From the IMG/VR virus record IMGVR_UViG_3300032163_000005, positions 30,024-94,023 of that record: DNA of 64,000 nucleotides; one strand, given 5' to 3'. The stretch is from a virus. Shown in pieces: positions 1-10,305 of this stretch (within the stretch, counting starts at the first letter, position 1; every line of letters starts with the position of its first letter). The notes under the pieces are model-generated. The model was given only the letters and a program-made list of their open reading frames with translations, searched no databases and was not told the origin of the DNA. The position numbers and the translations under genes are program-made.

Positions 1-21
1 CTGCTCGAAGACGCGGTACCT

Positions 22-702
22 GTGACCGAAGCAGCGAGGATCGCTGCGAGCTGGCGGAGCTTGGTACTCACCCGCACCAATGATGCTGATCCAAAGCGTG
101 TGGAGAGCTTCCCGAAGATCAATTCTGATGGCACGGGACGCACGTGCGCATTACCACTTGGCGCTGGTCATAGGCTCGTTGGACGCGACATCACCAAGCC
201 TTGCTCACATCTTCGCGCCATCGAGATTGAGCGCGTCGTGGGTGGTTCAGGACTCGTGAACGTGAAAGCGCTTTGGGATGTCCTTACGCCACACATCACA
301 CCCGTTGCCATTGAAACGATCCGACCGTCCGATGCTGTTCTTTGCGGATCGGCGTTCGTTCTCGAAGTGCTTCGACTTCTCGAGCAAGGCATGGACGATG
401 ATGAATCATGGCCCGCCATCCGGATCCTCGTTGCGGCGTGTTGCTATCGGGGTCTGACGCGCGACGAGACGATACGCGCAATGAAACGGTATGTGCGGTG
501 TGGGATCCATCGCGCGACACACTGCCAAAGCGAGCGTGGAATGAGGCAGCTCGATGCTGTCGTGCGTTGCCAGATCAACCACTTCGAGCGCGGACTTGGC
601 GAAGGAACCTATCGAGCTGGGATAAAATCTCGAGAGCTCAATCCGATGCTCGATGAGCTCGCTTCTCTTTCAGAGGTTGACCAACCTCGAGTGGCTGCAT
701 AG
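22..702 (+). CDS. hypothetical protein (start uncertain, may be truncated by window edge)
   Basis: 226-aa ORF, no recognisable motif. Confidence 0.35.
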   Translation: MTEAARIAASWRSLVLTRTNDADPKRVESFPKINSDGTGRTCALPLGAGHRLVGRDITKPCSHLRAIEIERVVGGSGLVNVKALWDVLTPHITPVAIETIRPSDAVLCGSAFVLEVLRLLEQGMDDDESWPAIRILVAACCYRGLTRDETIRAMKRYVRCGIHRATHCQSERGMRQLDAVVRCQINHFERGLGEGTYRAGIKSRELNPMLDELASLSEVDQPRVAA

Positions 703-978
703 ATTCGCGTTGGGACCAATCGCGTGGGGCATACACGCAAAACGCACTCACACTGCGTTTCCTTAGGGTGGAAACCACAACGCCCCGCACACTCGGTTCC
801 CAGCTAAAGGCTGCCCTCTCGAAGGGTGGCCTTTCTGCGTTGGAGCATCACGTGTGCTGTTCCCTTGCCCACTTCCACCACCCGTGTGGGATGCCGTGGT
901 GTCAGTGTCTCGTTGCGGACCTGCCGGTCAAGCACCGTTGCCTATGCATCTCAAAGGGATCTGAGCTATCCGTGCGAT

Positions 979-1239
979 ATGAATCCTAACACCACGAATC
1001 CCCTCATGCGCATCCTTGGCTCTTCTAAAGCTCTCATCGTGCTTGCTGTTGTGACTGCTGCCTTCGGAGCGTTCTTCGCCGGCAAAGCCCAGTGGGACCA
1101 AGTCGAGAGCATGGTGAAGTATCTCGTTGGTGCGCTCATCCTCGGGCAGAGCGCAGAAGACGCCGCCAAGCACATCGCCGGACGTGGCTCTCCCGTTGCC
1201 GCTCACAAGCCAACGCCTGACGAAACCGTGAAGCCTTAG
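979..1239 (+). CDS. small two-TM membrane protein, holin-like
   Basis: From ATG 979, 86 aa with two hydrophobic segments (ALIVLAVVTAAFGAFFA; YLVGALILG) and a charged C-terminus. Confidence 0.45.
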   Translation: MNPNTTNPLMRILGSSKALIVLAVVTAAFGAFFAGKAQWDQVESMVKYLVGALILGQSAEDAAKHIAGRGSPVAAHKPTPDETVKP

Positions 1240-1637
1240 CGCTTGGGCGGGAGCTCAGAAGGATCGACGCGCCCAATGGCAGGTGGCGTGTATCGGCGCC
1301 CTTCGATCTTCTGCAGAATCTGATCGGTCGTTCGAATCAGGTGTTGGAGCTCCACCTTTGTCACCATCGTCCGCTTGATCTCTTGGACATCATCGTCGAT
1401 GTTGCCGTGCGTCTGCTTCACGAGTGAGATCTCACCATCCTGACGAATGGTCGCTTTCTCTTCGGTGTGAAGGCGTGTGTCGACCGCAGCCGCGAGGGAT
1501 CGAACGTCTTCGATGCGACGATCGATGTCCTTCTCTCGGTTCGACCATGCGTAGCGCGCAGTCGTGAGCCAAGCTGCAAAGCCGAGTGACGCGATGGTGC
1601 TCAGAACACTGAGTACCGTGGTGAGATCAACCTGCAT
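1236..1637 (-). CDS. membrane-anchored coiled-coil protein (possible lysis accessory)
   Basis: N-terminal TM helix followed by a heptad-rich region; last gene of the tail operon. Confidence 0.5.
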   Translation of the reverse strand: MQVDLTTVLSVLSTIASLGFAAWLTTARYAWSNREKDIDRRIEDVRSLAAAVDTRLHTEEKATIRQDGEISLVKQTHGNIDDDVQEIKRTMVTKVELQHLIRTTDQILQKIEGRRYTPPAIGRVDPSELPPKR

Positions 1638-1642
1638 CTCCA

Positions 1643-3493
1643 CTAAGTACAAGGTTCATCGATGAGGTACAAATCGAAGCCCACACCGCCCGCTTTTACC
1701 TGATTGAGAGCTTGTCTTGCACGCCCATAAATCGCTGACGCGCCCACAGGAAACCCATCAAAGAAGATAGGAGCTCCCCATGCGTTATTCGGGCCCGCAT
1801 CGAACGCGAATCCAAACTCTCCGACACTGAGATTCGTGAGTCCTACGAGAAAATACGCTCGGAACGAGGCGTAATCGAGGACGTATCGGAATCGGTTGTC
1901 GACGATTCCCGCCCCAATGACCGGACTTGCCGAGCAAACGAACATGGCGCCGCTCGTGAGCCCACGAACACGGTACGAACCGGGTGGTGTGAGTACGGTT
2001 GGCGGTTTGTTCTGCGTTGCAATGAACGAGAGAACGCCGCCGAGGATCCCACCGAAAAATCCGCCCACCACGAAGAGGAGTGGTCCCGCAGGAATGAACT
2101 GCTCAAGCACGATGCGTTCATTGGCGAGGAATGTTCCTGTGAGCACACCCGCGATAGTGAACGTGTCCGTGTCGAGTGCATCTTGATCAAGGAAGAATCC
2201 GGGAAGCTTGGACGTGCCGACTTCTCGAAAGCACCAAGGAATGGTGCCAAGAGAGCGATTGAGGGATCTCTTGATGGCATTGGGCGTCACGACGTCTGCA
2301 GGAACAGCAATGCGCTGCCTGTAGAGCACATCTGATTCTTTGGTCGCGCGATCGATCGCGCGTTCAGCTCCGAGCTCATCGAGCCACCCTGCGAGACCAC
2401 CATCAGGCGCCAACACGTTGGTGACCGTGAGATTCCAATCGGCTTCCCACTGCAAGATGCGCCAGGCAGCCGTCCCTGTTTCACCCACCCACGTTTGCGG
2501 GAAGATCAGGGACGCAACCGTCAAGGTCGCCGCGCTCACAACTCCGGTGACCAGCGTGGTGGCAATGACAGACGCCGGATTGCCTCTCAGAACGACGAAC
2601 GTAAGGTTTTTGACACCTCCCACGGTCCGGAAGCCCAAAAGCCGTCCACGAAGCACCTCAGGACCGCCATTGGTGAAAGAAATCTCCTCCCCAACCTGGA
2701 ACGTTCCCGCGAATGCCGATCCTTGAACCGATTGGGTGAATTCAAGCTCCACCATCGAGCCGAGCCCATTGGGCACATCGGGCGGATAGAACGTCTTGAT
2801 GCGCGCAATGTTGCCGGCGTTGGCGCCCACAGTGAGAAGCAATTGCTGTCCAACGTGCTCCGACACAAACATGTCGGCCTGGTTGGCTGCGCGGATGAAG
2901 ACACCACAGACCTGCGGAGCGACGAGCCCCACGGGCGTCACGAAGAGAACATCTGCCAGATCGTTCTCGAAGTTGTACCCAACTTGCGGGATGACGACGA
3001 TCGTATTGGGTTGAGGGTCATTGTAGCTGTACCCCGCCTTTTCGGCTTCGGCAGGGATTGTGAACGGTCCACTGTCGCCAGGCTGGAAGACGAGATCATC
3101 CGTTAGGACGTACAGAAGCCCCGTGAGAACTTCTTCGCCAATGTTCTCACCCCAATCAACGATTTGATGCGCGGCGAAGATTGTTCCTGCTGCGAGCCTG
3201 AGAGGAGCTCGTTGCAAGAGCGTTCGCGCGAACGTAAGCGTAACAGTTGCCTTGGCCTCTCCCGCCGCTGATGGGTTGGTCTGTCCACTCCAAGGCAGGA
3301 TGAACATGGCTTGCGTGGTGATATCGATGGCGCGTGAGATGCGTTCGAAGACGTGCCACGCTTGCGCAAAGACCTCGATGCCGTGCCCATCGCCCGCGCG
3401 CTCGAGTGGTTCACGGTACTCACGATCGACGATGCTTCGCCAAATCGCCTGGAAATCATCGAACGTCAGAGCTCCGGTTTTGGGGGTCGTCAT
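1643..3493 (-). CDS. baseplate wedge / tail protein
   Basis: 616 aa directly downstream of baseplate J; WLDELG..R.I.R...ESD..YRQRI motif typical of wedge proteins. Confidence 0.65.
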   Translation of the reverse strand: MTTPKTGALTFDDFQAIWRSIVDREYREPLERAGDGHGIEVFAQAWHVFERISRAIDITTQAMFILPWSGQTNPSAAGEAKATVTLTFARTLLQRAPLRLAAGTIFAAHQIVDWGENIGEEVLTGLLYVLTDDLVFQPGDSGPFTIPAEAEKAGYSYNDPQPNTIVVIPQVGYNFENDLADVLFVTPVGLVAPQVCGVFIRAANQADMFVSEHVGQQLLLTVGANAGNIARIKTFYPPDVPNGLGSMVELEFTQSVQGSAFAGTFQVGEEISFTNGGPEVLRGRLLGFRTVGGVKNLTFVVLRGNPASVIATTLVTGVVSAATLTVASLIFPQTWVGETGTAAWRILQWEADWNLTVTNVLAPDGGLAGWLDELGAERAIDRATKESDVLYRQRIAVPADVVTPNAIKRSLNRSLGTIPWCFREVGTSKLPGFFLDQDALDTDTFTIAGVLTGTFLANERIVLEQFIPAGPLLFVVGGFFGGILGGVLSFIATQNKPPTVLTPPGSYRVRGLTSGAMFVCSASPVIGAGIVDNRFRYVLDYASFRAYFLVGLTNLSVGEFGFAFDAGPNNAWGAPIFFDGFPVGASAIYGRARQALNQVKAGGVGFDLYLIDEPCT

Positions 3494-3516
3494 GCGCTTC
3501 AGTCCACCTTAGAGAT

Positions 3517-3540
3517 TTTAGACAGATCGATCTGTCTAAA
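3517..3540. repeat. 24-bp perfect palindrome TTTAGACAGATCGATCTGTCTAAA, copy 1
   Basis: Exact palindrome, intergenic between baseplate genes. Confidence 0.95.
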
Positions 3541-3564
3541 CCTGTAACTCTACGAAACCACGAA

Positions 3565-4680
3565 TCAAACCACCGTAATATTGGCCAAAGTCGTTCGGAT
3601 CGTCTGCCCTGTTGTGGGCACGAGGTCACCGGTTGGCGTGACGATGGTGCTGTCGTTCACGATGAGTCCATCCTCGACGTAACGCTGCAAAACAGAGTTG
3701 AGCTCCGCGCGGTAGAGCGTCCCATTGACCGGAAGGCTGTTCACGAAGACTTCAACAGCGGCTTTGATGTTGTCAGTGAGTGTCGCTGTGTCGATGTTGG
3801 CGCGGAATGTCAGATGAAGGCTGATGTTGACGATGAGCGGAACAGATGTGGACACGAGAACCTGGATGCCCCCCGCGCGATATTCGTTGAGCGCGGCGTA
3901 AACGAGACTCGCGAGTTGATCAGAAGCAACGCCCGACGAATCAGAGATGAAGAGCTGAACAAGTCGCGCTGGCTGCCCGCCTGTCGACAAGACTTCGATC
4001 GCCATCGCTGAGACGACACCAGGAACCGTCTTCGCACCAAACTCGATGGCTGCGAGAATCCCGCGTCGTGCGGTCCGCCAGAAATCTCGCAAACGGTTTT
4101 TGAACGTCTCGTTGTCTTCGGCATCTTCACCACCCGCTGTCGCCGCTGCGTTGATGACAGTGAGCGTGCGATCGAAGAGATCACCGGGACTCGAGAACCG
4201 TCGAATGTTCTCTTTGTCGACCTGCGTTGCTTTACCTGCGACCACGGCGCGAACATCGGCGCGTGATACAAGATCCAACACACCAAACGATGCCGTCGTT
4301 GTGGTGATGTACTCAACGCCTGTAAGCGTTCCAAGCTTCGTTCCAATGGGAACCGACCCTGCTCCACCCGCCACTGTCACGCGCGAGATGGTGACCTCTC
4401 CAAGCGCAGGAGAGGCGCCCTTCCTGAGCTCTTGGTAGCGATCAAACGCGTACCGATCCAGGTCTTCATCCGTCTCGCACCCATCGAGCGTGAGAGCGGC
4501 TGTTCGTCCACCGAGTTGCGCGATGCACGCCGCTGCGAGGATGGCTGAAGTCCCCGCGATGATGTTGGACTCCGAGCCTTCGATGTTGACCTGGTTGGGA
4601 TCGATCTTTGTGTTGCGCGACGTGACATAGTCACGTGCGAGCGTAAATAATTGGCTGCGCGTCGGAAGGTCGGGAGGCAT
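3565..4680 (-). CDS. baseplate J-like protein
   Basis: GGEDAEDNETFKNRL and VPGVVSA motifs, 371 aa, synteny. Confidence 0.9.
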   Translation of the reverse strand: MPPDLPTRSQLFTLARDYVTSRNTKIDPNQVNIEGSESNIIAGTSAILAAACIAQLGGRTAALTLDGCETDEDLDRYAFDRYQELRKGASPALGEVTISRVTVAGGAGSVPIGTKLGTLTGVEYITTTTASFGVLDLVSRADVRAVVAGKATQVDKENIRRFSSPGDLFDRTLTVINAAATAGGEDAEDNETFKNRLRDFWRTARRGILAAIEFGAKTVPGVVSAMAIEVLSTGGQPARLVQLFISDSSGVASDQLASLVYAALNEYRAGGIQVLVSTSVPLIVNISLHLTFRANIDTATLTDNIKAAVEVFVNSLPVNGTLYRAELNSVLQRYVEDGLIVNDSTIVTPTGDLVPTTGQTIRTTLANITVV

Positions 4681-4697
4681 GCCCCGACCTTATCAGC

Positions 4698-5579
4698 TCA
4701 CCCCGCTGTGTTGAACGGAACCTCGAAATTGGACGGCGCGCCTTGCTTCGGTGTGACGAAGATCTGAAAGCGCACGATGTTTGGGTTCTGTCGATCGATG
4801 ATGGCTTTCACTGTGGCGTTGGCAACGTCTGGTTCTTGAAGGATCTGCACTTGTGCGTCCGCCTGTACTGCGGCGAGACGTGCAGCGACAAGGAGCTGTT
4901 TGCCGAGATACGGAATGCCCACGCCGTATCCAGGAAGGTGCGCGAAGGCATTCTTCTTCGTGATGAGTCGTCGAATAATGCGCTTGCGCATCTGGTCACT
5001 GCCTTGATCAAACGAGTAGTCACCCGTGGAGTCTGTTCGGAGCGTCCCAAGAAGTGACTCGAGCCCCGGAGCTCCCGAGAGAAGCGTTCCGCCGAGAGAT
5101 TGAGGATTGGCGATGTCGCGTGATTGCTTCGCCGTGTCGAAGCTCGGAGGCACGATTTGTTTGAAGACCGCGGGGATGGAGAGTGTATCGCCAGGGATGA
5201 ATTCGGTGAGATCTTCGTTGTAGACCGCGTTCACATCAAGTGTGTATTGAGCGGGATGTGAGGTGAGCGGACGATCGAGTGTGAGATCAACGTAATGTCC
5301 AACATTGATTGGATCGACATCGCTGAGCTCTACGCGAACGACGGTTGCAAGCCGAGCTACTTGCCCATCTGACCCCATGGTTGATGTGTCAGGAGTTAGC
5401 GACCATTTATTAGGAGTGCTCGCATCGAACGAATCGAGAAGCCCGTTCAGAAAAACACGTTGGTTGAACGCAACGCGAATGACGTTTTCACGGATAGCGA
5501 GGGCGGCAACAAGCGCAAAGGTGGCGTCATCATCTCCCCACGGAAGATCCCCCCACGGACCACTTCCCCAACCTGGCAT
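4698..5579 (-). CDS. baseplate protein with C-terminal gp25/gpW-like domain
   Basis: C-terminal IIRRLIT...HLPGYGVGI...QEPDV pattern; start placed at MPGWGSGPWG. Confidence 0.65.
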   Translation of the reverse strand: MPGWGSGPWGDLPWGDDDATFALVAALAIRENVIRVAFNQRVFLNGLLDSFDASTPNKWSLTPDTSTMGSDGQVARLATVVRVELSDVDPINVGHYVDLTLDRPLTSHPAQYTLDVNAVYNEDLTEFIPGDTLSIPAVFKQIVPPSFDTAKQSRDIANPQSLGGTLLSGAPGLESLLGTLRTDSTGDYSFDQGSDQMRKRIIRRLITKKNAFAHLPGYGVGIPYLGKQLLVAARLAAVQADAQVQILQEPDVANATVKAIIDRQNPNIVRFQIFVTPKQGAPSNFEVPFNTAG

Positions 5580-5581
5580 TG

Positions 5582-5932
5582 TTATTCTGCCATCCGAAAA
5601 CAGATTTTGAGTGTTCGGCTCGAGATCTCTCGAGTCATGATGACACACCGTGGCGCTGTGACTGTCACAGAGATCATCTCTTTTTTTGCGTCGAGACCTC
5701 TGAGCACAGCACACCGCTTCTTGGTTTTTTCCATCTCTTTCTTGGTCGCTTCTTCATCAATCTTGAATCCGGAGTTTAACCAATTCGTCACGGAGCCTCG
5801 GAAGTACCTTTCAGTTTCTTCCGAGCTCGCATCATCATCCACACTGAATCCGCGGTTTTGATGTTCGCTAATAGCCGTATCAAACGTCTCGTGATCTCCG
5901 AAACGATGTTCATCTTCCCAATCAACAGGCAT
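5582..5932 (-). CDS. hypothetical protein
   Basis: 116-aa ORF coupled to neighbours. Confidence 0.5.
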   Translation of the reverse strand: MPVDWEDEHRFGDHETFDTAISEHQNRGFSVDDDASSEETERYFRGSVTNWLNSGFKIDEEATKKEMEKTKKRCAVLRGLDAKKEMISVTVTAPRCVIMTREISSRTLKICFRMAE

Positions 5933-7161
5933 TAGATGCCTCCATTCGTCAGTTCGGCCCAGTCGTACACAACGAAGGCATCAACGGTTTCACCTCCTGT
6001 GGTGAGTGTGGCAACTAGATTCCCATCCGCCCCCGTAACAGAAAATGCGACAACGCCGCCGCTAGATCCAGCGAAGACATTGATCTGTGAGTCTTGGTCG
6101 ATGACACAAAAGCCAGACGTGTCTTGATGAATAGTGAGGATATGTGTCTGCGAAGACTGACCTACCGCATCGGTCCTCTGGAGAACGACCTTCGCGAGAA
6201 TGAGATACATTCTCCCGTATTGTGTTATGAGCTGGCCGCCCAAATTGTCCAAGAGAACGACGGGTGCACCGGTCGATAGGCCTCTGACCATGTATTGCGA
6301 TGCCTGTCGACGTGCGATCGTACTGAGGGGGCCATCGGCATGGGCCATCTCGCCCGAGCGTCTGGCCGTCCCATAGGATCCACCAGGAACACACCCGCCA
6401 GCGTTGGCAATCACACTATTGCCTTGACCACCGCCGACAAACCCCAAAGTTATGGCAACGGTATTACTAGTTCCTCCCGCCACGACGCCGTCCACACCAT
6501 TGCATTCATTCGCACGCCCACCACAAATGGTAGCTCCGGTGGAGCCCGCTTCGTGACGATCACCACCCGATATCGTCACGTAATCGCCTACGGCGCCTGC
6601 TGTCCCACCAGAGCTTCGTGACGCGAAGTTGACGATGCCTGTCTTCGTGTTGTTGATTGGCGACTGATTTGTCTTAGTCGAGCGGAGGTTTTGCTGTGAT
6701 CCGCCGCCATCAAAGATGACAGCCGCTGCACCACCGATGCCGGCAATCAAAAATCGGAGAAGCTCCTCGAGATATTTCGCCCATCCACGCGTCTGCCCCC
6801 CGAAATTGAATGCGGATGCTTTGGCTTCGAAGGGTGGAATGATGTAGCCCGAAGCTTCGGTCACCTGAAAGACGCGGCGATCGGTGGAGGACACCCCTTG
6901 CGCATCTCGGACAGTGAGCTCGAGAAGGTACCCGCCGCGAACATCAGGAGCGAATGAGAATGTTGGCGATGAGGATACGAGCCCCGGTCCTGCGACCGTA
7001 CTGCCTGGCGGCTTGTCGATGACACTCCATGCCCACGTCACCACTCCTGCGTTATTGCCATTTGAGGCAACAACCGTGGTTGTGAGAACTCCGATCAACG
7101 CCTGTCCCGCAGGAGGTGTACTCAATCCTTGAACAAGCTTGATCTGTGCGAGAAGAGCCAT
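5932..7161 (-). CDS. tail fibre/appendage protein with PKD/Ig-like N-terminus
   Basis: TWAWS..DKPPGS...F.PDV.G.Y.L.LTV.D PKD-like motif; Gly-rich GG..N beta-helix-like repeats. Confidence 0.65.
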   Translation of the reverse strand: MALLAQIKLVQGLSTPPAGQALIGVLTTTVVASNGNNAGVVTWAWSVIDKPPGSTVAGPGLVSSSPTFSFAPDVRGGYLLELTVRDAQGVSSTDRRVFQVTEASGYIIPPFEAKASAFNFGGQTRGWAKYLEELLRFLIAGIGGAAAVIFDGGGSQQNLRSTKTNQSPINNTKTGIVNFASRSSGGTAGAVGDYVTISGGDRHEAGSTGATICGGRANECNGVDGVVAGGTSNTVAITLGFVGGGQGNSVIANAGGCVPGGSYGTARRSGEMAHADGPLSTIARRQASQYMVRGLSTGAPVVLLDNLGGQLITQYGRMYLILAKVVLQRTDAVGQSSQTHILTIHQDTSGFCVIDQDSQINVFAGSSGGVVAFSVTGADGNLVATLTTGGETVDAFVVYDWAELTNGGI

Positions 7162-7173
7162 CCCGAAGTCTTA

Positions 7174-7446
7174 TCAGACGTCGGACGAATCAGGTGAGAC
7201 GTCGAAGCAGGCGACCTTCCCACCGCCAAACTCGAGCCCCGCGCTCACGCTGATGGGGGCGGATGGATCGCAGGAGAGCGCAAAGCCAAACTTTGGGAAT
7301 GGGAGCGCAAACGCGGGTAGCGCGAAGTTGAACCCAACCTTGAAGGATGGGAGCTTGATCGAGAAGTTACAGAGCGATGCGTTGACAGATGGTGCGTTGA
7401 ACGATGCATCTGCCGATGGGAGATCACACGCTTTGCCTTGTGCCAT
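7174..7446 (-). CDS. small hypothetical virion protein
   Basis: 90 aa from ATG 7446, downstream of the spike gene. Confidence 0.45.
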   Translation of the reverse strand: MAQGKACDLPSADASFNAPSVNASLCNFSIKLPSFKVGFNFALPAFALPFPKFGFALSCDPSAPISVSAGLEFGGGKVACFDVSPDSSDV

Positions 7447-7465
7447 GCTCCCCAGCGTAGCGCGT

Positions 7466-8581
7466 TTAGTACATGAAGCCGGATCGACCGATACCAGGAA
7501 CGAATCCTGTTGGGTCGATTGACGATCCGCTTGCTTGTGCAGCAAGAGCCGCACTGACCCCACCAAAAATTGGCGTGAAGGTGAGAGGCCACGTGAAGTA
7601 ACTCCCGCCTGCTGTCGTGGGTGTGCTTGGAGTAGGGCTCGCTGCGAGGAGAAGCATCGCAGACAGCGCTGTGTCGAATGCTTGAGGGAACGGACTTGGA
7701 ACGGTGGAAAGAAGCTTGCCCGCCGCTCCGAGCTCAGATGCCAACGTCGTTGATCCTTGGGGACCTGCAAGGAGGATCGTCCAATTGATCAAGAGCGAGA
7801 GAACCTGCTCGAGCGTCACCGCGTGTTGAAGAGCTCCGCCTGGCACAACACCAAGCCCTGACATAACACCAAGCCCTGACGTGCCAATGGAAAGCGTGCC
7901 GCTTGTCGTGAGGATCGAAGAGACCGCATCAAGAAGAAAGCTCGTGACGTTCCCTGCAGTCAGAATGATCTGTTGTTCGGCCACGAGCATTTGCATGCTC
8001 GTTGAACCATCCGCGGTCGACATGCCCACGGCATCCGCGCCCATGAAGAAGCGTGAGCCATCACCATCGTTGAAGATGACCTGTCCCGTTTGGTCGATGC
8101 CGAACTGAGCTCCCGTAACTGCACTCCGAACGAGGTAGCTCGAAGACGTCTCGAGAATGAATGGCGTGCGCATTCGCCTGAACGCGAACGTGTTCTCAGT
8201 GACGTCCTGCCCCGCAACCACGAGCGGAAAGGTGTCGAGCTCGTTGTTGAGGCGTCCGACGATGACGGGCGCTGCGTGCGTGTTGCCTTCTGGAATGACG
8301 ATGATGACTTCATCACCTTGAAGGAATGGCGCCCAGTCAGCCTCTCCAATGCCTCCGACTCCTCCGGCAACACGGCATGTGATGGGGATGCCCGAAGGAT
8401 GAAGCAGAACAGAGATCAGCGGGCCTTCTGGAAACGGCAAGCCTTCTTCGTCTTTGAATCGAACGCTGTGTGAGTCGGGAGAATCTTCAGCGATGGTGCC
8501 GTAGCTCACCCAACTTCTCGTATCGATGCCTGGTCCTTTGACGGCTTGTCGAAGTAGCGCGAGATCGAGGAAGTTGTGCAT
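7466..8581 (-). CDS. baseplate spike / gpV-like protein
   Basis: OB-fold signature P..GDEV....EG.....P.IVG followed by beta-rich repeats; synteny. Confidence 0.75.
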   Translation of the reverse strand: MHNFLDLALLRQAVKGPGIDTRSWVSYGTIAEDSPDSHSVRFKDEEGLPFPEGPLISVLLHPSGIPITCRVAGGVGGIGEADWAPFLQGDEVIIVIPEGNTHAAPVIVGRLNNELDTFPLVVAGQDVTENTFAFRRMRTPFILETSSSYLVRSAVTGAQFGIDQTGQVIFNDGDGSRFFMGADAVGMSTADGSTSMQMLVAEQQIILTAGNVTSFLLDAVSSILTTSGTLSIGTSGLGVMSGLGVVPGGALQHAVTLEQVLSLLINWTILLAGPQGSTTLASELGAAGKLLSTVPSPFPQAFDTALSAMLLLAASPTPSTPTTAGGSYFTWPLTFTPIFGGVSAALAAQASGSSIDPTGFVPGIGRSGFMY

Positions 8582-10296
8582 TACTTCTTGCCTGTCGGCA
8601 TTGTGGTGCCGTCGTCGAGCGGGGCGTCTGCGCGCGCTTCGACGTAGTTGATCCCACTGAGATCAATTGAGACGCCTTCATCGATATCCCACGTCACGCT
8701 CATCTGTTTCAAACGGAAGACACGCTGAAACCCTGCATTCGTGTAGGCCTTTGCTGCCTTCTCCGCGAAGTCTTGCGTGTACCCAATCGATTTGAGCCGC
8801 GTGATCGTGCGTTGTGCGTTCGAGAGATCATCTTCAATGACGCCTTGAACAGTGTAGGGACCACGATCGATGATGATTTTGAAGTTGTCGCCAAACTTCA
8901 TGTCGAGCAAATCAGGATCAGACGCGTCGCCTCCGAAACTCGACATGTTCTTGGTCTTGAGCTGAATGAGGAGCTCGTTACGAAAGACGTTGTTGTAATA
9001 GTCCTCCGCAATGCGCTTGAGTGTCGGTTCGTCTTTGACGCCCGCTACGAGAACCACTTTCCAATGCTGTTCTCCCGCGCCACCAGGCAGAGGATGTGTG
9101 GGACGATCCTTCTTCTCAGGGAATCGCGCTACCAGCGTTTTCTTTCGTCCTGGAAAGGAGCATCGACACTCAATGCCCTTTGCTTCTTGATGCGTGTACT
9201 TGTGGCTCACCTTCATCTCTGAGATGTTGCGACCCCACACGAACGTCCGAACGTCGTAAGCGCCACTCTCTCGAATACGAGGAAAATAGGGATCACCCTC
9301 TCGCGGCGTTGCTCGCCCATCGAGAAGCGACGTCGCACGTTGGATGATGATGTGCAGATCCTCGACACGGATCGTGTGGCCGGTCATCTTGACCACAACA
9401 TCGAGGTAATCCCACACGGTGTTATCGTCACCGCCCCCGCCCTGACTCGGGGGTCCTAGGTTGGCATCGTGCGCAGCATTGTTGAGCACATCTTTGAGAA
9501 CAGGAATTTTTGAACGTTCGAGCTCCGCAGGCCGATACTCCACCGTCATGCCAGCAAGCTGAGGAAACTGCTTCAGGTATTCCGCGATGGCTTCATCGAT
9601 CGGCTTTTTGATGTCGATCTTTCCACCCATGGGCTGTTGTTGCTTCAAGAGAAGTCGCGTGTAGTCCGTACATTTGAGACTGATGATGGGTTCATCGTCC
9701 GTCCAGCTCATCTCCCACTCATCGACCCATCCTCGAAATCGGCGGTTTGATCGAATCACCCCGCGTTGGTCACGGAATGTGTCTTGAATGAGATTCATCG
9801 GAATGTGCGCGCCTTCGGTCGTCTCGCCTTGGATTCCTCTCGCGAATTCATTCGCGGGGATGGTGCCTAGGTAGAAGTCAACCGCGCACGACCGGATGAT
9901 GCGTGGATCAAGCGGCATGTCGAGCCACTTGATCTCAAGATCAAGCTGGTCTCCATTCTGGATCCCATTGACATGCCATGTGGCTTTCTTCGGGATGATG
10001 CCTTGGATGTCGCTCGTGAGCTCGTCGATACTCGTGGTGCCCACAGATGTCTTGGTCGTGGGTGTCGTGGGACCTGCGAGCAAGAATCGTTTGACGCCTG
10101 TTGGCGCGCTTGGATCATCCACAACCTTGAGTGCACCACGTGGGTCCTTGTTGCCCTTGATTTGTGTGATGGGCTTGAGGTCTCGAATCTTCGCGATATC
10201 TGCCGATCCACTGTATTTGAATTCGTCAAAGCGAATCGCAAGCGTGACGCGTGCACTCGGATAAAGGGTCTGTGGTTCGTACTCAAGCGGCGGCAT
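8581..10296 (-). CDS. baseplate hub (gpD/gp27-like)
   Basis: F.GWVDE...I.L.C.DY...L motif; lies between LysM protein and spike. Confidence 0.7.
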   Translation of the reverse strand: MPPLEYEPQTLYPSARVTLAIRFDEFKYSGSADIAKIRDLKPITQIKGNKDPRGALKVVDDPSAPTGVKRFLLAGPTTPTTKTSVGTTSIDELTSDIQGIIPKKATWHVNGIQNGDQLDLEIKWLDMPLDPRIIRSCAVDFYLGTIPANEFARGIQGETTEGAHIPMNLIQDTFRDQRGVIRSNRRFRGWVDEWEMSWTDDEPIISLKCTDYTRLLLKQQQPMGGKIDIKKPIDEAIAEYLKQFPQLAGMTVEYRPAELERSKIPVLKDVLNNAAHDANLGPPSQGGGGDDNTVWDYLDVVVKMTGHTIRVEDLHIIIQRATSLLDGRATPREGDPYFPRIRESGAYDVRTFVWGRNISEMKVSHKYTHQEAKGIECRCSFPGRKKTLVARFPEKKDRPTHPLPGGAGEQHWKVVLVAGVKDEPTLKRIAEDYYNNVFRNELLIQLKTKNMSSFGGDASDPDLLDMKFGDNFKIIIDRGPYTVQGVIEDDLSNAQRTITRLKSIGYTQDFAEKAAKAYTNAGFQRVFRLKQMSVTWDIDEGVSIDLSGINYVEARADAPLDDGTTMPTGKK

Positions 10297-10305
10297 CGCA
10301 CCAAT

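Noticed and set aside
3943-3952. AGAGATGAAG resembling the repeat inside baseplate J
   Set aside because: 10-nt match in coding sequence, expected by chance
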